DNA from: Pseudomonadota bacterium | GTDB lineage: Bacteria > UBA10199 > 2-02-FULL-44-16 > JBDRGF01 | Direction of reading: 5' to 3' | NCBI GenBank assembly: GCA_043818055.1 | Contig: JBDRGF010000003.1 | Coordinates: 1-56,564 of the forward strand | DNA: 56,564 nucleotides | Shown: positions 1 to 8,829 of the stretch, one piece after another | Layout of the letters: each line of letters opens with the position of its first letter | Position numbering within the stretch: the stretch's first letter is position 1 | Program-made: the position numbers and the translations under genes | The notes under the pieces: model-generated | The model's input: only the letters and a program-made list of their open reading frames with translations | What the model was told of the DNA's origin: nothing | The model's database searches: none

Positions 1-26
1 TAGACTCACAGTCTAACTTTTTAGAC
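1..26. promoter_or_regulatory. Tandem palindromic activator-binding site (GTCT-N8-AGAC at 11-26 plus the half-site TAGAC at 1-5 of a truncated upstream copy)
   Basis: GTCTAACTTTTTAGAC matches the motif and ~21-bp periodicity of the site pairs at 5692-5729 and 37260-37296, which lie upstream of sigma-54 promoters. Confidence 0.55.
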
Positions 27-79
27 ACTCCCGGTCCGTGCAAACTCTAGATGGCAGAATGATCTTAACGGTATCGAGT

Positions 80-1183
80 TCAAACCCACTTTGAAAATCC
101 ATTCATATTACCTGCTAAATAGTTCAATTCGGTCATAAACAACAAATTAGTTATAACTCCCTTTTCTTCATCGGATCGGATATGTTCAATCAGATTCAAC
201 ATTTCATTACATCTTGGATGCACAGCAAAGAAGCTTCCGGTTTTGGCATAGGTGTATGCCCGACACCCTCCCCTACAAATATGAAAATTTTCACAAGTAT
301 CACATTTGGTACTATTATTTAAATAACACGACATTTTATTTTCATGCTGAGTTAATATATATTCAATTGAATCGTTCAACAGATTTCCTAACAATAGTTT
401 ATCTGGAATATTCTCACACATATAGACATTACCAAATGGGTCAATCTGAATTAAATTCCCACAAAGGGCATTGCAATAGTATTTACGTTTTATATCTCGC
501 AATCCAAGATAACCAACCAGAATATCATTTACAAAATCGATATTCACATGAGGGGAATACTTTTTCTGATATTTATACAAAAGTTCATATAGATCACATA
601 AAGGATGCAATTCCAGATCTGAATAATTGTCCTTTGCCTTCCCAACTCCCTTAACCTCGGAGACATGAACTGTATCAATTTCATTATCCGCACAAAACTT
701 CAAAGTTTTATCAAGAGTTTTTATTGTATAGCTGTTTATTGTTATTGCTACTGTAAAATCAAGATCAGCTTCTTTACATTTATCAATCGTTTTAAGAACT
801 CTGGACAAACCATCCACACCCCGTGACATGATGTAAGTATCTTTATCAACACTATCCAATGTAAATTGAACAGAACTTCCAGTCTCTTTTAATACATCAA
901 TAAAATTGTCGATAGTGACAAGGCCGTTGGACGCGAATATTATTTTTACGTCAAGTTTATGAAGCCACTTTAAATATTCGACAAGATGAGGATACAAGAA
1001 AGGTTCTCCGCCAGAGAGTGAAAAGAGCCTGAAGTTTTTATCAATCAACTTTCTTGAGATTTTTTTTAATTCATTCAAGTTCCAACTCTTCTCAAGACCT
1101 TTTCGATTATAGCAATATGGACAATGAGCATTACACAAATTTGTTAATTCCAACATAACCCCTTTAACTGGCATATTCCACAT
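80..1183 (-). CDS. Radical SAM/SPASM domain protein (RiPP maturase 3)
   Basis: CNAHCPYC (CxxxCxxC), SGGEP, SPASM cysteines CNALC...GNVYMC...CDTCENFHICRGGCR...C. Confidence 0.92.
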   Translation of the reverse strand: MWNMPVKGVMLELTNLCNAHCPYCYNRKGLEKSWNLNELKKISRKLIDKNFRLFSLSGGEPFLYPHLVEYLKWLHKLDVKIIFASNGLVTIDNFIDVLKETGSSVQFTLDSVDKDTYIMSRGVDGLSRVLKTIDKCKEADLDFTVAITINSYTIKTLDKTLKFCADNEIDTVHVSEVKGVGKAKDNYSDLELHPLCDLYELLYKYQKKYSPHVNIDFVNDILVGYLGLRDIKRKYYCNALCGNLIQIDPFGNVYMCENIPDKLLLGNLLNDSIEYILTQHENKMSCYLNNSTKCDTCENFHICRGGCRAYTYAKTGSFFAVHPRCNEMLNLIEHIRSDEEKGVITNLLFMTELNYLAGNMNGFSKWV

Positions 1184-2348
1184 ACCTCCGTTTTAATCTT
1201 ACAAGAATAAAACACGACACCATGATGACAAGGCCAGCAAAGAAAAAACCAGTATTTATGCCACATTTGTGGGCCAGGGCTCCTAGTATAAAACCTGATG
1301 ATATTTCACCGCCTGCCCCAACTAATTCGTATGAAGATAAAGCGGTTGCGCGAATCGAAGAAGGAATACGTTGATTTAAATAATTTTGAACAGATGGTCT
1401 CAACACATAATTTAAACCAAAAAAGATAATAATTAGATAGTAGGAAACAGTCATAGAATAGACTGATATTGTTAGAACAATAAAAAATATTATCCCCTGA
1501 GACAAGATCAATACTGTAAGATCATTATACTTCAGTATACGGCTCGAAACTTTGTCTAAAAAAAGCATTATGATTCCCATTATTGAACTAATGGTATACA
1601 GGTAAGCTATCTGAATAGATGAAAACCCTATATTTTGCAGAAATGGCTGATAATAGCGTTCTATGCCATCTATACCAAAAGCCAAAGCTGCACCTGCAAA
1701 GAAAAATAAGCTTAAATTCTTATTACTTTTGATAAGATGATACGACTCTTTGATACTTTCAATGAAATGCATTCTGAAATTTAGTTTCTTTCTCTTTTCA
1801 TCCAGTGCCAGCACCTCAGGCATAAAAATACATGATAATAATGCAATTAAATTAGCTGTTATAGATATATATAAAATTGAATACCGACTAATTTTATAAA
1901 CATGTCCGGCAAATATTGAGGAGATAATGCAAAATAAGTAAAACAGGATATAAGCATTTGTAATATTAGCTTTAAATTTGCCCTCTTGACCTCGGCCTTT
2001 TAGATAGTCCATCAGCCAGGCCTCATATGCACCTGAACGAAATGAATCCCCCAATCCAAAGATAAAAGCAGCCAAATAAGCGTGCCAGGGCACATTCGCA
2101 ACAGTGAAGATTGCCAATGAGAGAGTATATATCAAAGCAGCACCAACTAATGATATTTTTCTACCATACTTGTCGGCAAAACTACCTGTCGGAATTTCAA
2201 AGATCATCCTTGAGATCTCAAGAATAGCACCAATTAGCCCTATATGAAATAAATTAAGCCCTACATCCTTAAAGAAAATAATCCATAACGAAAAAAAGAT
2301 GCCATTTGATATGCCTCGCATCGAAATATAAGAGTAAAAACCTAACAT
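1164..2348 (-). CDS. MFS transporter, probable peptide exporter
   Basis: About 12 hydrophobic segments, MFS motif FEIPTGSFADKYGRK, PSSIRAT motif; start moved to ATG at 2348, which has GGAGA upstream and overlaps the rSAM stop. Confidence 0.9.
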   Translation of the reverse strand: MLGFYSYISMRGISNGIFFSLWIIFFKDVGLNLFHIGLIGAILEISRMIFEIPTGSFADKYGRKISLVGAALIYTLSLAIFTVANVPWHAYLAAFIFGLGDSFRSGAYEAWLMDYLKGRGQEGKFKANITNAYILFYLFCIISSIFAGHVYKISRYSILYISITANLIALLSCIFMPEVLALDEKRKKLNFRMHFIESIKESYHLIKSNKNLSLFFFAGAALAFGIDGIERYYQPFLQNIGFSSIQIAYLYTISSIMGIIMLFLDKVSSRILKYNDLTVLILSQGIIFFIVLTISVYSMTVSYYLIIIFFGLNYVLRPSVQNYLNQRIPSSIRATALSSYELVGAGGEISSGFILGALAHKCGINTGFFFAGLVIMVSCFILVRLKRRYVEYAS

Positions 2349-3442
2349 CTTAAATTCTCCTTGGGAAACAATCCCTTTTCGTAAAAAGACTGACAAATCG
2401 GGTCTGGTGCAGTAAATCTTCTGTAGCGATTATAAGCTTCAACTCTACAACCACCCTGACAATCAGGGAGAAACTTACATATTTTACATACACCTTCAAA
2501 TTCAGTTTCACCAATATTTTTTAATTTAATGTAAGAAGGATGATTTACAATTTTTTTAAGAGAATCGATTCTGATATTACCTAAAATAAATTCCGAATTA
2601 TCTAATAACCCATCGCAAGGAGCTACATTTCCATTCGAATCAATACCCAGCATATGAGGAAAGGAACAAAGATATCCCCCACCATGTCGCGTATTTTGAA
2701 AACGCTGTGGAATAAGACCTTTTGGTATTATCAGACTTAAATCAAAATTATTTTGATACTTCATTAACCATTCATCAATTAGGTGATCAAATATTTCTTT
2801 CTTTAATTCAACCGAGATATCATCATCTTTAGTCGCTTTTCCTGATGGCATTATGGGAATTACACAAAAAGTTGAAGGTTTTAATTTAGAACAGAGCTCA
2901 AACATTCCAAAGATTTTTTTATAATTATGCTTCATCAATGTAGTCGCAATAACAAGGTTTTTTGAATTACAATTATTTTTTGCAAATTCAAAGAAATCCA
3001 ATGCTTTGTTAAAAGAGCCGGAACGTCCTCTAATTTCATCGTGACTTTCATCCGGGGCATCAATACTTACCTGCAATAAATGAAATTGGATCTCTTTCAG
3101 TCTATTTAAATCTTTTTTTCCAAATACATATCCATTAGTACTCATTGAAATTAGATAACCGGATCTATTAATAAGTTTTAAGAGTTCAAATATATCATTA
3201 TTCAATAGAGGCTCTCCTCCATTTACAAAAAGTTGACAACAACCCAATTCTTTCAATTCACCTACAATTCGCTTGATTTCGGCACTGGTCAACTCGTTAA
3301 GATATCTTTTTTTGTAATCAGTGTTAACATAGCAGTGCTTACATTTCAAATTACAATGTCTTGTAACTTTAATAGAAGCTGAATAAATCAGAGGAGAACC
3401 AAAAAACTCATTAAACTGGCTTAAAGTCGAGATCTTTTCCAT
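2342..3442 (-). CDS. Radical SAM/SPASM domain protein (RiPP maturase 2)
   Basis: CNLKCKHC, GGEPLL, YLCSFP...GNVAPC, CKICKFLPDCQGGCR...C. Confidence 0.93.
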   Translation of the reverse strand: MEKISTLSQFNEFFGSPLIYSASIKVTRHCNLKCKHCYVNTDYKKRYLNELTSAEIKRIVGELKELGCCQLFVNGGEPLLNNDIFELLKLINRSGYLISMSTNGYVFGKKDLNRLKEIQFHLLQVSIDAPDESHDEIRGRSGSFNKALDFFEFAKNNCNSKNLVIATTLMKHNYKKIFGMFELCSKLKPSTFCVIPIMPSGKATKDDDISVELKKEIFDHLIDEWLMKYQNNFDLSLIIPKGLIPQRFQNTRHGGGYLCSFPHMLGIDSNGNVAPCDGLLDNSEFILGNIRIDSLKKIVNHPSYIKLKNIGETEFEGVCKICKFLPDCQGGCRVEAYNRYRRFTAPDPICQSFYEKGLFPKENLRC

Positions 3443-4544
3443 TTTTTAAACACTCCTTTGGAAACAATCCATCATCATACATTTTCTGACAAGTTGGAAA
3501 TGGCCCATATATATCATTGTAATAAGCAATCGAAGAAGCTCTACAATTTCCAGCACACTCAGTAAGAAAAACACACTGAGAGCATACACCCTTAATTTTC
3601 AATATATCCTGTTGTAAAATTGAATCCGATTCATAAATTCTTTTCCAACTCTCAGCCATGCCCATTTTTTTGTAATTCCCCGCAACAAACTTTTTATTAC
3701 CTAAAAATCCATCACACGGAGCTATATCTCCATCAACCCCAATTCCCATAATATGTGGATAAGAACAGCATTCAATAAACTTGAGATGCAATCCTTTATC
3801 ACGTAAATCCTTAGGAATAAATACAGGTGGAATAACACTGTTTTCAGCAAATTTCACTTTGAAGTCAGATTTTCGATATTCTTCAAACATGCTATTTAGA
3901 TTCTCAACCAGTTCTTTTGGCGTCACATCCATTTCTTTAGTTGCCCTTCCCAACGTTAGCAACAGCATCAATGCAATGCTGTCCACTTTTAAATCTATGG
4001 CTACACGCATAATCTCATCAAGATAATTAATATTTGACTTAGTAATGCACACGCCGAGAGTAATATTCTTTATTTTGTTCATTTGAGCGCATTTAATAAA
4101 ATCATTCGCTTTTTTATAGAAATTGGTACCGCGATTTTCATCATGGATACGTTCTGGCCCATCTATACTAATCTGAAATTGAAAAAAAGGAATATGAGAT
4201 ATAGCTTTTAGCTTTGATTCGTCTAAATATGTTCCATTCGTGCTGATCAATATATCAAAACTTTTTTCATGGGCATACTCTAGAATTTCTACAATATCTT
4301 TTCTCAGAAATGGTTCACCACCTGTAAAAAAAATCTTATAAGCACCTAATTTAGTAAGTTCATCCAGAATATTCTTAACCTCCTGAGTAGTATGCTCACC
4401 TAAAGTTTTCTTACCCGCATTAGTATAGCAATGTTTGCAATGAGCATTACAAGCCATCGTTAAACGCATCGAGGCTGCTTGTAACGGATAATCTCCAAAA
4501 AAATCAGATACATTTTTGTTGTTTGATATAATTTTACAACTCAT
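3411..4544 (-). CDS. Radical SAM/SPASM domain protein (RiPP maturase 1)
   Basis: CNAHCKHC, TGGEPFLR, CCSYP...GDIAPC, CSQCVFLTECAGNCR...C; likely start MSCK at 4544, overlapping the PqqD stop. Confidence 0.93.
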   Translation of the reverse strand: MSCKIISNNKNVSDFFGDYPLQAASMRLTMACNAHCKHCYTNAGKKTLGEHTTQEVKNILDELTKLGAYKIFFTGGEPFLRKDIVEILEYAHEKSFDILISTNGTYLDESKLKAISHIPFFQFQISIDGPERIHDENRGTNFYKKANDFIKCAQMNKIKNITLGVCITKSNINYLDEIMRVAIDLKVDSIALMLLLTLGRATKEMDVTPKELVENLNSMFEEYRKSDFKVKFAENSVIPPVFIPKDLRDKGLHLKFIECCSYPHIMGIGVDGDIAPCDGFLGNKKFVAGNYKKMGMAESWKRIYESDSILQQDILKIKGVCSQCVFLTECAGNCRASSIAYYNDIYGPFPTCQKMYDDGLFPKECLKNGKDLDFKPV

Positions 4545-4815
4545 CGGCTTCCTCCAATTCAATTAATTCACCATTTTTCAAATTTTCAATACATTCATAT
4601 GTATCGGATAATATCTCTTTTTTTTGTTCTTCAGTTTCAGGATGATATTTCTCACACATTTTTAAAAATATTTTCTGAACGTCATTATTCCCATCACATA
4701 ATGAATAGATCTCAAATGCTGTCGTGTTAATTCCAATGCTATTCGAAAATAGATAAGCTTTCTTTAGTTTTTTATATTCATTGTTCTTCTTAATTGGTAT
4801 CAATTTAATATTCAT
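4534..4815 (-). CDS. PqqD-family stand-alone RiPP recognition element (RRE)
   Basis: 93 aa with INTTAFEIYSLCDG...I...M..KY...D...IENL..GELI pattern typical of PqqD; AAGGAG RBS; directly upstream of the rSAM genes. Confidence 0.88.
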   Translation of the reverse strand: MNIKLIPIKKNNEYKKLKKAYLFSNSIGINTTAFEIYSLCDGNNDVQKIFLKMCEKYHPETEEQKKEILSDTYECIENLKNGELIELEEADEL

Positions 4816-4833
4816 TTTCTTCTCCTTTAATCA

Positions 4834-4870
4834 CTTCAGGAGGAGGCAAGATATCACCTCCCCCATGAAG
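4834..4870 (-). terminator. Stem-loop between precursor and maturase genes (mRNA stabiliser or leaky terminator)
   Basis: Minus strand CTTCATGGGGGAGG-TGATATCTTG-CCTCCTCCTGAAG forms a long stem; no clear U-tract. Confidence 0.65.
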
Positions 4871-4883
4871 TTTTTTAATCCTA

Positions 4884-4958
4884 TTACACCTTATGACCAC
4901 CTTCAATATTCCGACATCTCGCAATTTTTACCACAACTGGTTTTACATATGCTGTCAT
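4884..4958 (-). CDS. Putative RiPP precursor peptide, 24 aa: MTAYVKPVVVKIARCRNIEGGHKV
   Basis: Translated by hand; strong SD (GAAAGGAGGTGA) just upstream of ATG; tandem stops TAA TAG; YxKPxV leader motif of RRE-bound precursors; first gene of the RRE/rSAM cluster. Confidence 0.85.
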   Translation of the reverse strand: MTAYVKPVVVKIARCRNIEGGHKV

Positions 4959-5041
4959 TGGATTTCACCTCCTTTCAGTCTTCTTATACTATTAACGTTT
5001 AGTCCTTTATTAGATTTACCAATCACACCTAATTCAATCTA

Positions 5042-5539
5042 TCACTTCTTTTCAGAGCTTTTACCTTCTTTCTTCGATTGAACTTCTTCAACTATATCTT
5101 TCCCACTGACAGCTTTTAAGCCGGTCATAATTGTTGGGGAATATTTTTTCTTTGTTGTGAACAATATCGAGTCGCTCTTTTCGTTTTCTGTCTGATATAT
5201 CACTCCGAAGTTGTCGCGTTTTTTCTTGCTGAATAGCATAAAGAGAAAGAGTGGATTGACAAACGCCAGACCAACGCTCTCTCCTACACGGCGTCTTGCG
5301 TATTCTCCCTTGGATATTTCTGATATTTTCGTTCCGTCAATTTTGCGATCCAGATGTTTGTACTTCGAAGAAGAATAATCTACGTGGAGATAGCCATCTT
5401 TTGTATAAACCATGCACTTACTAAATTTACCCTCCCCGTTTAGACATTCTGCATTAGCAGCAAACGCAGCCGGAGACATCACCATCGATAAAATACAAAC
5501 CATTAAAATTGCACGCTTCATTGTTTTTTTCTTTTTCAT
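5042..5539 (-). CDS. Secreted hypothetical protein
   Basis: Start moved to ATG at 5539 (AAGGAGGAAGGG-ATG); signal peptide ending SPAAFA; one internal hydrophobic stretch. Confidence 0.75.
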   Translation of the reverse strand: MKKKKTMKRAILMVCILSMVMSPAAFAANAECLNGEGKFSKCMVYTKDGYLHVDYSSSKYKHLDRKIDGTKISEISKGEYARRRVGESVGLAFVNPLFLFMLFSKKKRDNFGVIYQTENEKSDSILFTTKKKYSPTIMTGLKAVSGKDIVEEVQSKKEGKSSEKK

Positions 5540-5600
5540 CCCTTCCTCCTTTGTTTTAGGTATCCATGAAACATACAAATCAATTCAATGAGGCCTCTCT

Positions 5601-5618
5601 ATGCATTTACCGTGCCAA
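5601..5618 (-). promoter_or_regulatory. Sigma-54 (-24/-12) promoter
   Basis: Minus strand TTGGCACGGTAAATGCAT with correct GG-N10-GC spacing. Confidence 0.8.
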
Positions 5619-5633
5619 AAATTATAGAATGGA

Positions 5634-5646
5634 TAACAGCTTGATA
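5634..5646 (-). promoter_or_regulatory. IHF binding site
   Basis: Minus strand TATCAAGCTGTTA is an exact match to WATCAANNNNTTR and lies between the enhancer sites and the sigma-54 promoter. Confidence 0.7.
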
Positions 5647-5691
5647 TATATGGATATATTGGTCTGGGATGTTTTTGATATGATCGAAAGT

Positions 5692-5729
5692 GTCTGGAAT
5701 GTTGGACTTAATAGTCTAGGAAATTGGAC
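5692..5729. promoter_or_regulatory. Tandem enhancer (bEBP upstream activating) sites
   Basis: GTCTGGAATGTTGGAC (5692-5707) and GTCTAGGAAATTGGAC (5714-5729), about 75 bp upstream of the -24 element. Confidence 0.65.
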
Positions 5730-5785
5730 GGTAAATAAGAAAAAAGCGCATGTAGCATGTGGCATGTAGTATGTAGTGAAAAGCT

Positions 5786-5970
5786 AAAAACCTTCTCCCC
5801 CATCCGCCCTGCGGGCACCTTCCCCCGTCGAGGGGGAAGGGCATAGAGGAAAATGTCATTGGGGGCACCTTTCCCCGTCTCAGCCAGAAGCTGATCTGCC
5901 TTTGGCGGAAAGGTGGAAGGGCAAGAAGTAAAATGTCATTGGGGGCACCTTCCCCGATCGAGGTGGAAGT
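5786..5970. repeat. Cluster of REP-like palindromes (GGGCACCTTCCCCCGTCGAGGGGGAAGGG type), three units
   Basis: Internal repetition of AAATGTCATTGGGGGCACCTT; 5798-5899 is nearly identical to 37491-37593. Confidence 0.8.
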
Positions 5971-5994
5971 AAATAAGGGAGTGAATTGGTAGGA

Positions 5995-8739
5995 TTAAAA
6001 AATAGTAATAAAATCGTTTACAGTTACTGGGAGTTGAAAATAACCATCAGCTCCCAGCTTCAAGGCCTCCGGTTCTGCGTCGCATCTCTGTGTCCCGGAA
6101 ACTATGTAGATTTTCGAAGGCTGGTTTAATTCCCTGGATACCTTTATTATATCCATACCGTTTTTATCCTCACCCAAATCCAGATCGCTGAAAATATAAT
6201 CGAAGCTATGATTTTTCATCAAAATAACTGCATCACTGTAAGTACCTGCAACGCTAAATTCCAGATGTTTATCTGAAGAATTCTTCATACCAAAGGCTTT
6301 GCTCAACATACTTTTCATCATGATGTGCAGAGATGGGTCGTCGTTGACTAATAAAACCTTCGTTGGATTCTGATTACTAGTCACTGGTGAATTTAGCGTT
6401 ACTGAATCATTTTCTAAATGCTTGTTTTGCACTTCATCTATACTGCTAACATTCAGAAATTCAACCAGATGCGCAATATTAAGAGATTTAGGAACAAAGC
6501 TGACTACACCCAATTTCATTGCTTTGTTTTTATCCTCTTCAATGCACCTATTAGAGTGAACCATACACCTTAAGTTTGGATATTGTCTTTGCACTATCTC
6601 TAGAAAATCAAAGCCATTCTTAACCTCTCCCAGGTCGATATCGACTATAGCATGCAAGATATTTTCCTTCACTAAAAGTGAAAGAGCCTCTTCAACGTTA
6701 TGCGCTTCATACAATGTTATCGCTCGATCCAATGATCCGTTTTGCTTGATTGTATTCCTCACCGACGCTCTGTATAATGCCTCGTCATCCAATAAAAGAA
6801 CCTTGATCATCTCCCCTTTTTTCAACAACTCTGTTATCATATTTTCTATCTCTGTTTCATTCTTCGTTAAATCCTTAAATTGTGTCTCTTTAATATTGCG
6901 AGGCAATAATTTACAGTCAGATTTATCTAAAATATTTGAAGCTGGGATTATGATTATGAATTCCACCCCCCTACCATTATCCTTATTGCGTGCTGTGATA
7001 GTACCAATATGCAAAGCAATTATCTTATGTGCTGAAGCAAGCCCTATTCCCGTCCCCTTTCTTTTTCCTTTAGTGAAAAAGGAATCAAACAATTTAGGAA
7101 TGTCATCTTTATTCAAACGAGGGCCATCATTGCCGATCACCATTGCAACCATGTTGTTTCCAGCGCGATTCATATCCTGAGTTGATATATCAATCGTACC
7201 GTGCTTACTTTTTCCTATGTGAAGTATAGCCTCTATAGCGTTAGACAAAATATTGATAAAAACCCTGGCGATCCTTTCATCATCAACTAGCGGCCGATTA
7301 ACATGAGAGATTTCATAGACAAAGTCGATATCAGCATCCTTATAGTACTGAGCTACTTGACGAATAGCAAAATCAATGACTGGCATAATAGGAGTAGGCT
7401 TAACATCAAGTTTTACTTCCCTCGAAAAATCCATTATATCGTTGAGCATCGATTCAACATGTCTGATAGATTGATCTAATGATTGTTTTGCTTCTTTCAA
7501 CGCTCCCGGATCGTTGATATAAGTATCGTATGATTCCATCATTGCCTTGATGATAGAAAATGGCTTGCGTACATCGTGTGCAAGCATGGATGTGGTTTGG
7601 CCTATAGCTGCTAGTTTGTTCTTTTCCGCTAATACATCCAATAAAATATTCGCCTTATACACAAGCTCATTATAATGATATAAAATATCATCAATTTCAG
7701 AAATACGACTCATAGACTCAACTTTACGTATTTTTAAATGACCACTATTAATAACATCTTCTACGTCAAACTGCTCATCCGGCCTAAACAACATAGCTGT
7801 GATCATTAATATTTGATTAGATATTTTTAATGAAATAAAATTAGAAATAAACCAAATTAGAAATACTATCAGCATAAGATTTGTGAGTTGAAACGCATCA
7901 CCAACATTTAGCAATCCTATTGCATATAATAACCCCAAAAAAAATAATATTCCTGTTGAAATCGCAATAGTTAAAAACGTTCTAACGCTAACATAACTTT
8001 TAACATAATCAACTTTATTAAAAATAAATTCTCCATTCAATAACGTTATAAAAAAAGTTGCTATTGTAATATCCCAAACATGGGAATACCATGTCAGTGG
8101 AGTATCACTTTCGATACCGGAATGATATCTAAGAGCAAAATCAGCTATACATAATAACAATAATGATTGCAGGAAAATATGTTCATTCTGATTGTTACCA
8201 CGAAATATTGAAGGAATGATTAAACCGAGAATCACCGCTTGAATCAGAGTATATATCGTACTATTGATTAAATGAAATAATGGCGGTGTTGGTTCAACAT
8301 GGTAATACGGAATTAAAATATAAGTAAATGAGAGGTAAGCAAATGTTACCGCCACTATCAAAGCTAAGCTTATTGATATGTAATCTTTAAGAATTGGTCG
8401 AAGCTTAAACACCAGATAAATTAACAGCGTTGTAACAAAGATCGTGTATCCCGTCTCTCCCAAGTAAACAATGGGGATCCATTCCCTATATTGTTCATTG
8501 ATGGTAAATGTGTATATTACATCTGCGAATAAAAGCGCTGCAAAAGCTGCAAAAAGTAGCCACATGCTTTTAGAACATGTTTTTTTAATAGACCTGTATA
8601 TTATTACAACACAGATACCAATTTCAGATAGATAGACGTGTAAATCAGAGAAATAAGATGTAATACCATAATATTTGGCAAGAATAAGATGAATCGTTGC
8701 TGGGAGAAATATATATAATATTGATAAAAACAATTTCAT
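5995..8739 (-). CDS. Hybrid sensor histidine kinase: multi-TM sensor, HisKA, HATPase, two receiver domains
   Basis: Many N-terminal TM helices; AHDVRKP H-box; NILSNAIEA, NDGP, FFTKGKRKGTGIGL; REC motifs VLLLDDE...IVDIDL and VLLVNDD...FSDLDL. Confidence 0.92.
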   Translation of the reverse strand: MKLFLSILYIFLPATIHLILAKYYGITSYFSDLHVYLSEIGICVVIIYRSIKKTCSKSMWLLFAAFAALLFADVIYTFTINEQYREWIPIVYLGETGYTIFVTTLLIYLVFKLRPILKDYISISLALIVAVTFAYLSFTYILIPYYHVEPTPPLFHLINSTIYTLIQAVILGLIIPSIFRGNNQNEHIFLQSLLLLCIADFALRYHSGIESDTPLTWYSHVWDITIATFFITLLNGEFIFNKVDYVKSYVSVRTFLTIAISTGILFFLGLLYAIGLLNVGDAFQLTNLMLIVFLIWFISNFISLKISNQILMITAMLFRPDEQFDVEDVINSGHLKIRKVESMSRISEIDDILYHYNELVYKANILLDVLAEKNKLAAIGQTTSMLAHDVRKPFSIIKAMMESYDTYINDPGALKEAKQSLDQSIRHVESMLNDIMDFSREVKLDVKPTPIMPVIDFAIRQVAQYYKDADIDFVYEISHVNRPLVDDERIARVFINILSNAIEAILHIGKSKHGTIDISTQDMNRAGNNMVAMVIGNDGPRLNKDDIPKLFDSFFTKGKRKGTGIGLASAHKIIALHIGTITARNKDNGRGVEFIIIIPASNILDKSDCKLLPRNIKETQFKDLTKNETEIENMITELLKKGEMIKVLLLDDEALYRASVRNTIKQNGSLDRAITLYEAHNVEEALSLLVKENILHAIVDIDLGEVKNGFDFLEIVQRQYPNLRCMVHSNRCIEEDKNKAMKLGVVSFVPKSLNIAHLVEFLNVSSIDEVQNKHLENDSVTLNSPVTSNQNPTKVLLVNDDPSLHIMMKSMLSKAFGMKNSSDKHLEFSVAGTYSDAVILMKNHSFDYIFSDLDLGEDKNGMDIIKVSRELNQPSKIYIVSGTQRCDAEPEALKLGADGYFQLPVTVNDFITIF

Positions 8740-8829
8740 TGTTATTAATTCGTTATTTGTTTATAATTTTTAATAACATATGCCAATTTGCCCTTTTAAT
8801 CAACATATTCCGTCTTTCAAGGAGATACA

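Noticed and set aside
1..35. Insertion-sequence terminal inverted repeat at the left edge
   Set aside because: Better explained by the tandem GTYY-N8-RGAC enhancer motif seen twice elsewhere; no transposase visible
80..4958. PQQ or mycofactocin biosynthesis
   Set aside because: The precursor lacks ExxxY (PqqA) and the IDGxCGVY end (MftA); no pqqB/pqqC or mftD/E genes; three rSAMs are present
4781..5081. Plus-strand ORFs 4781-5002 and 4893-5081 as the precursor
   Set aside because: Wrong strand and no RBS; the minus-strand 24-aa ORF has a strong SD and a leader motif
5786..5970. CRISPR array
   Set aside because: Units are degenerate palindromes with no unique equal-length spacers, and there are no cas genes
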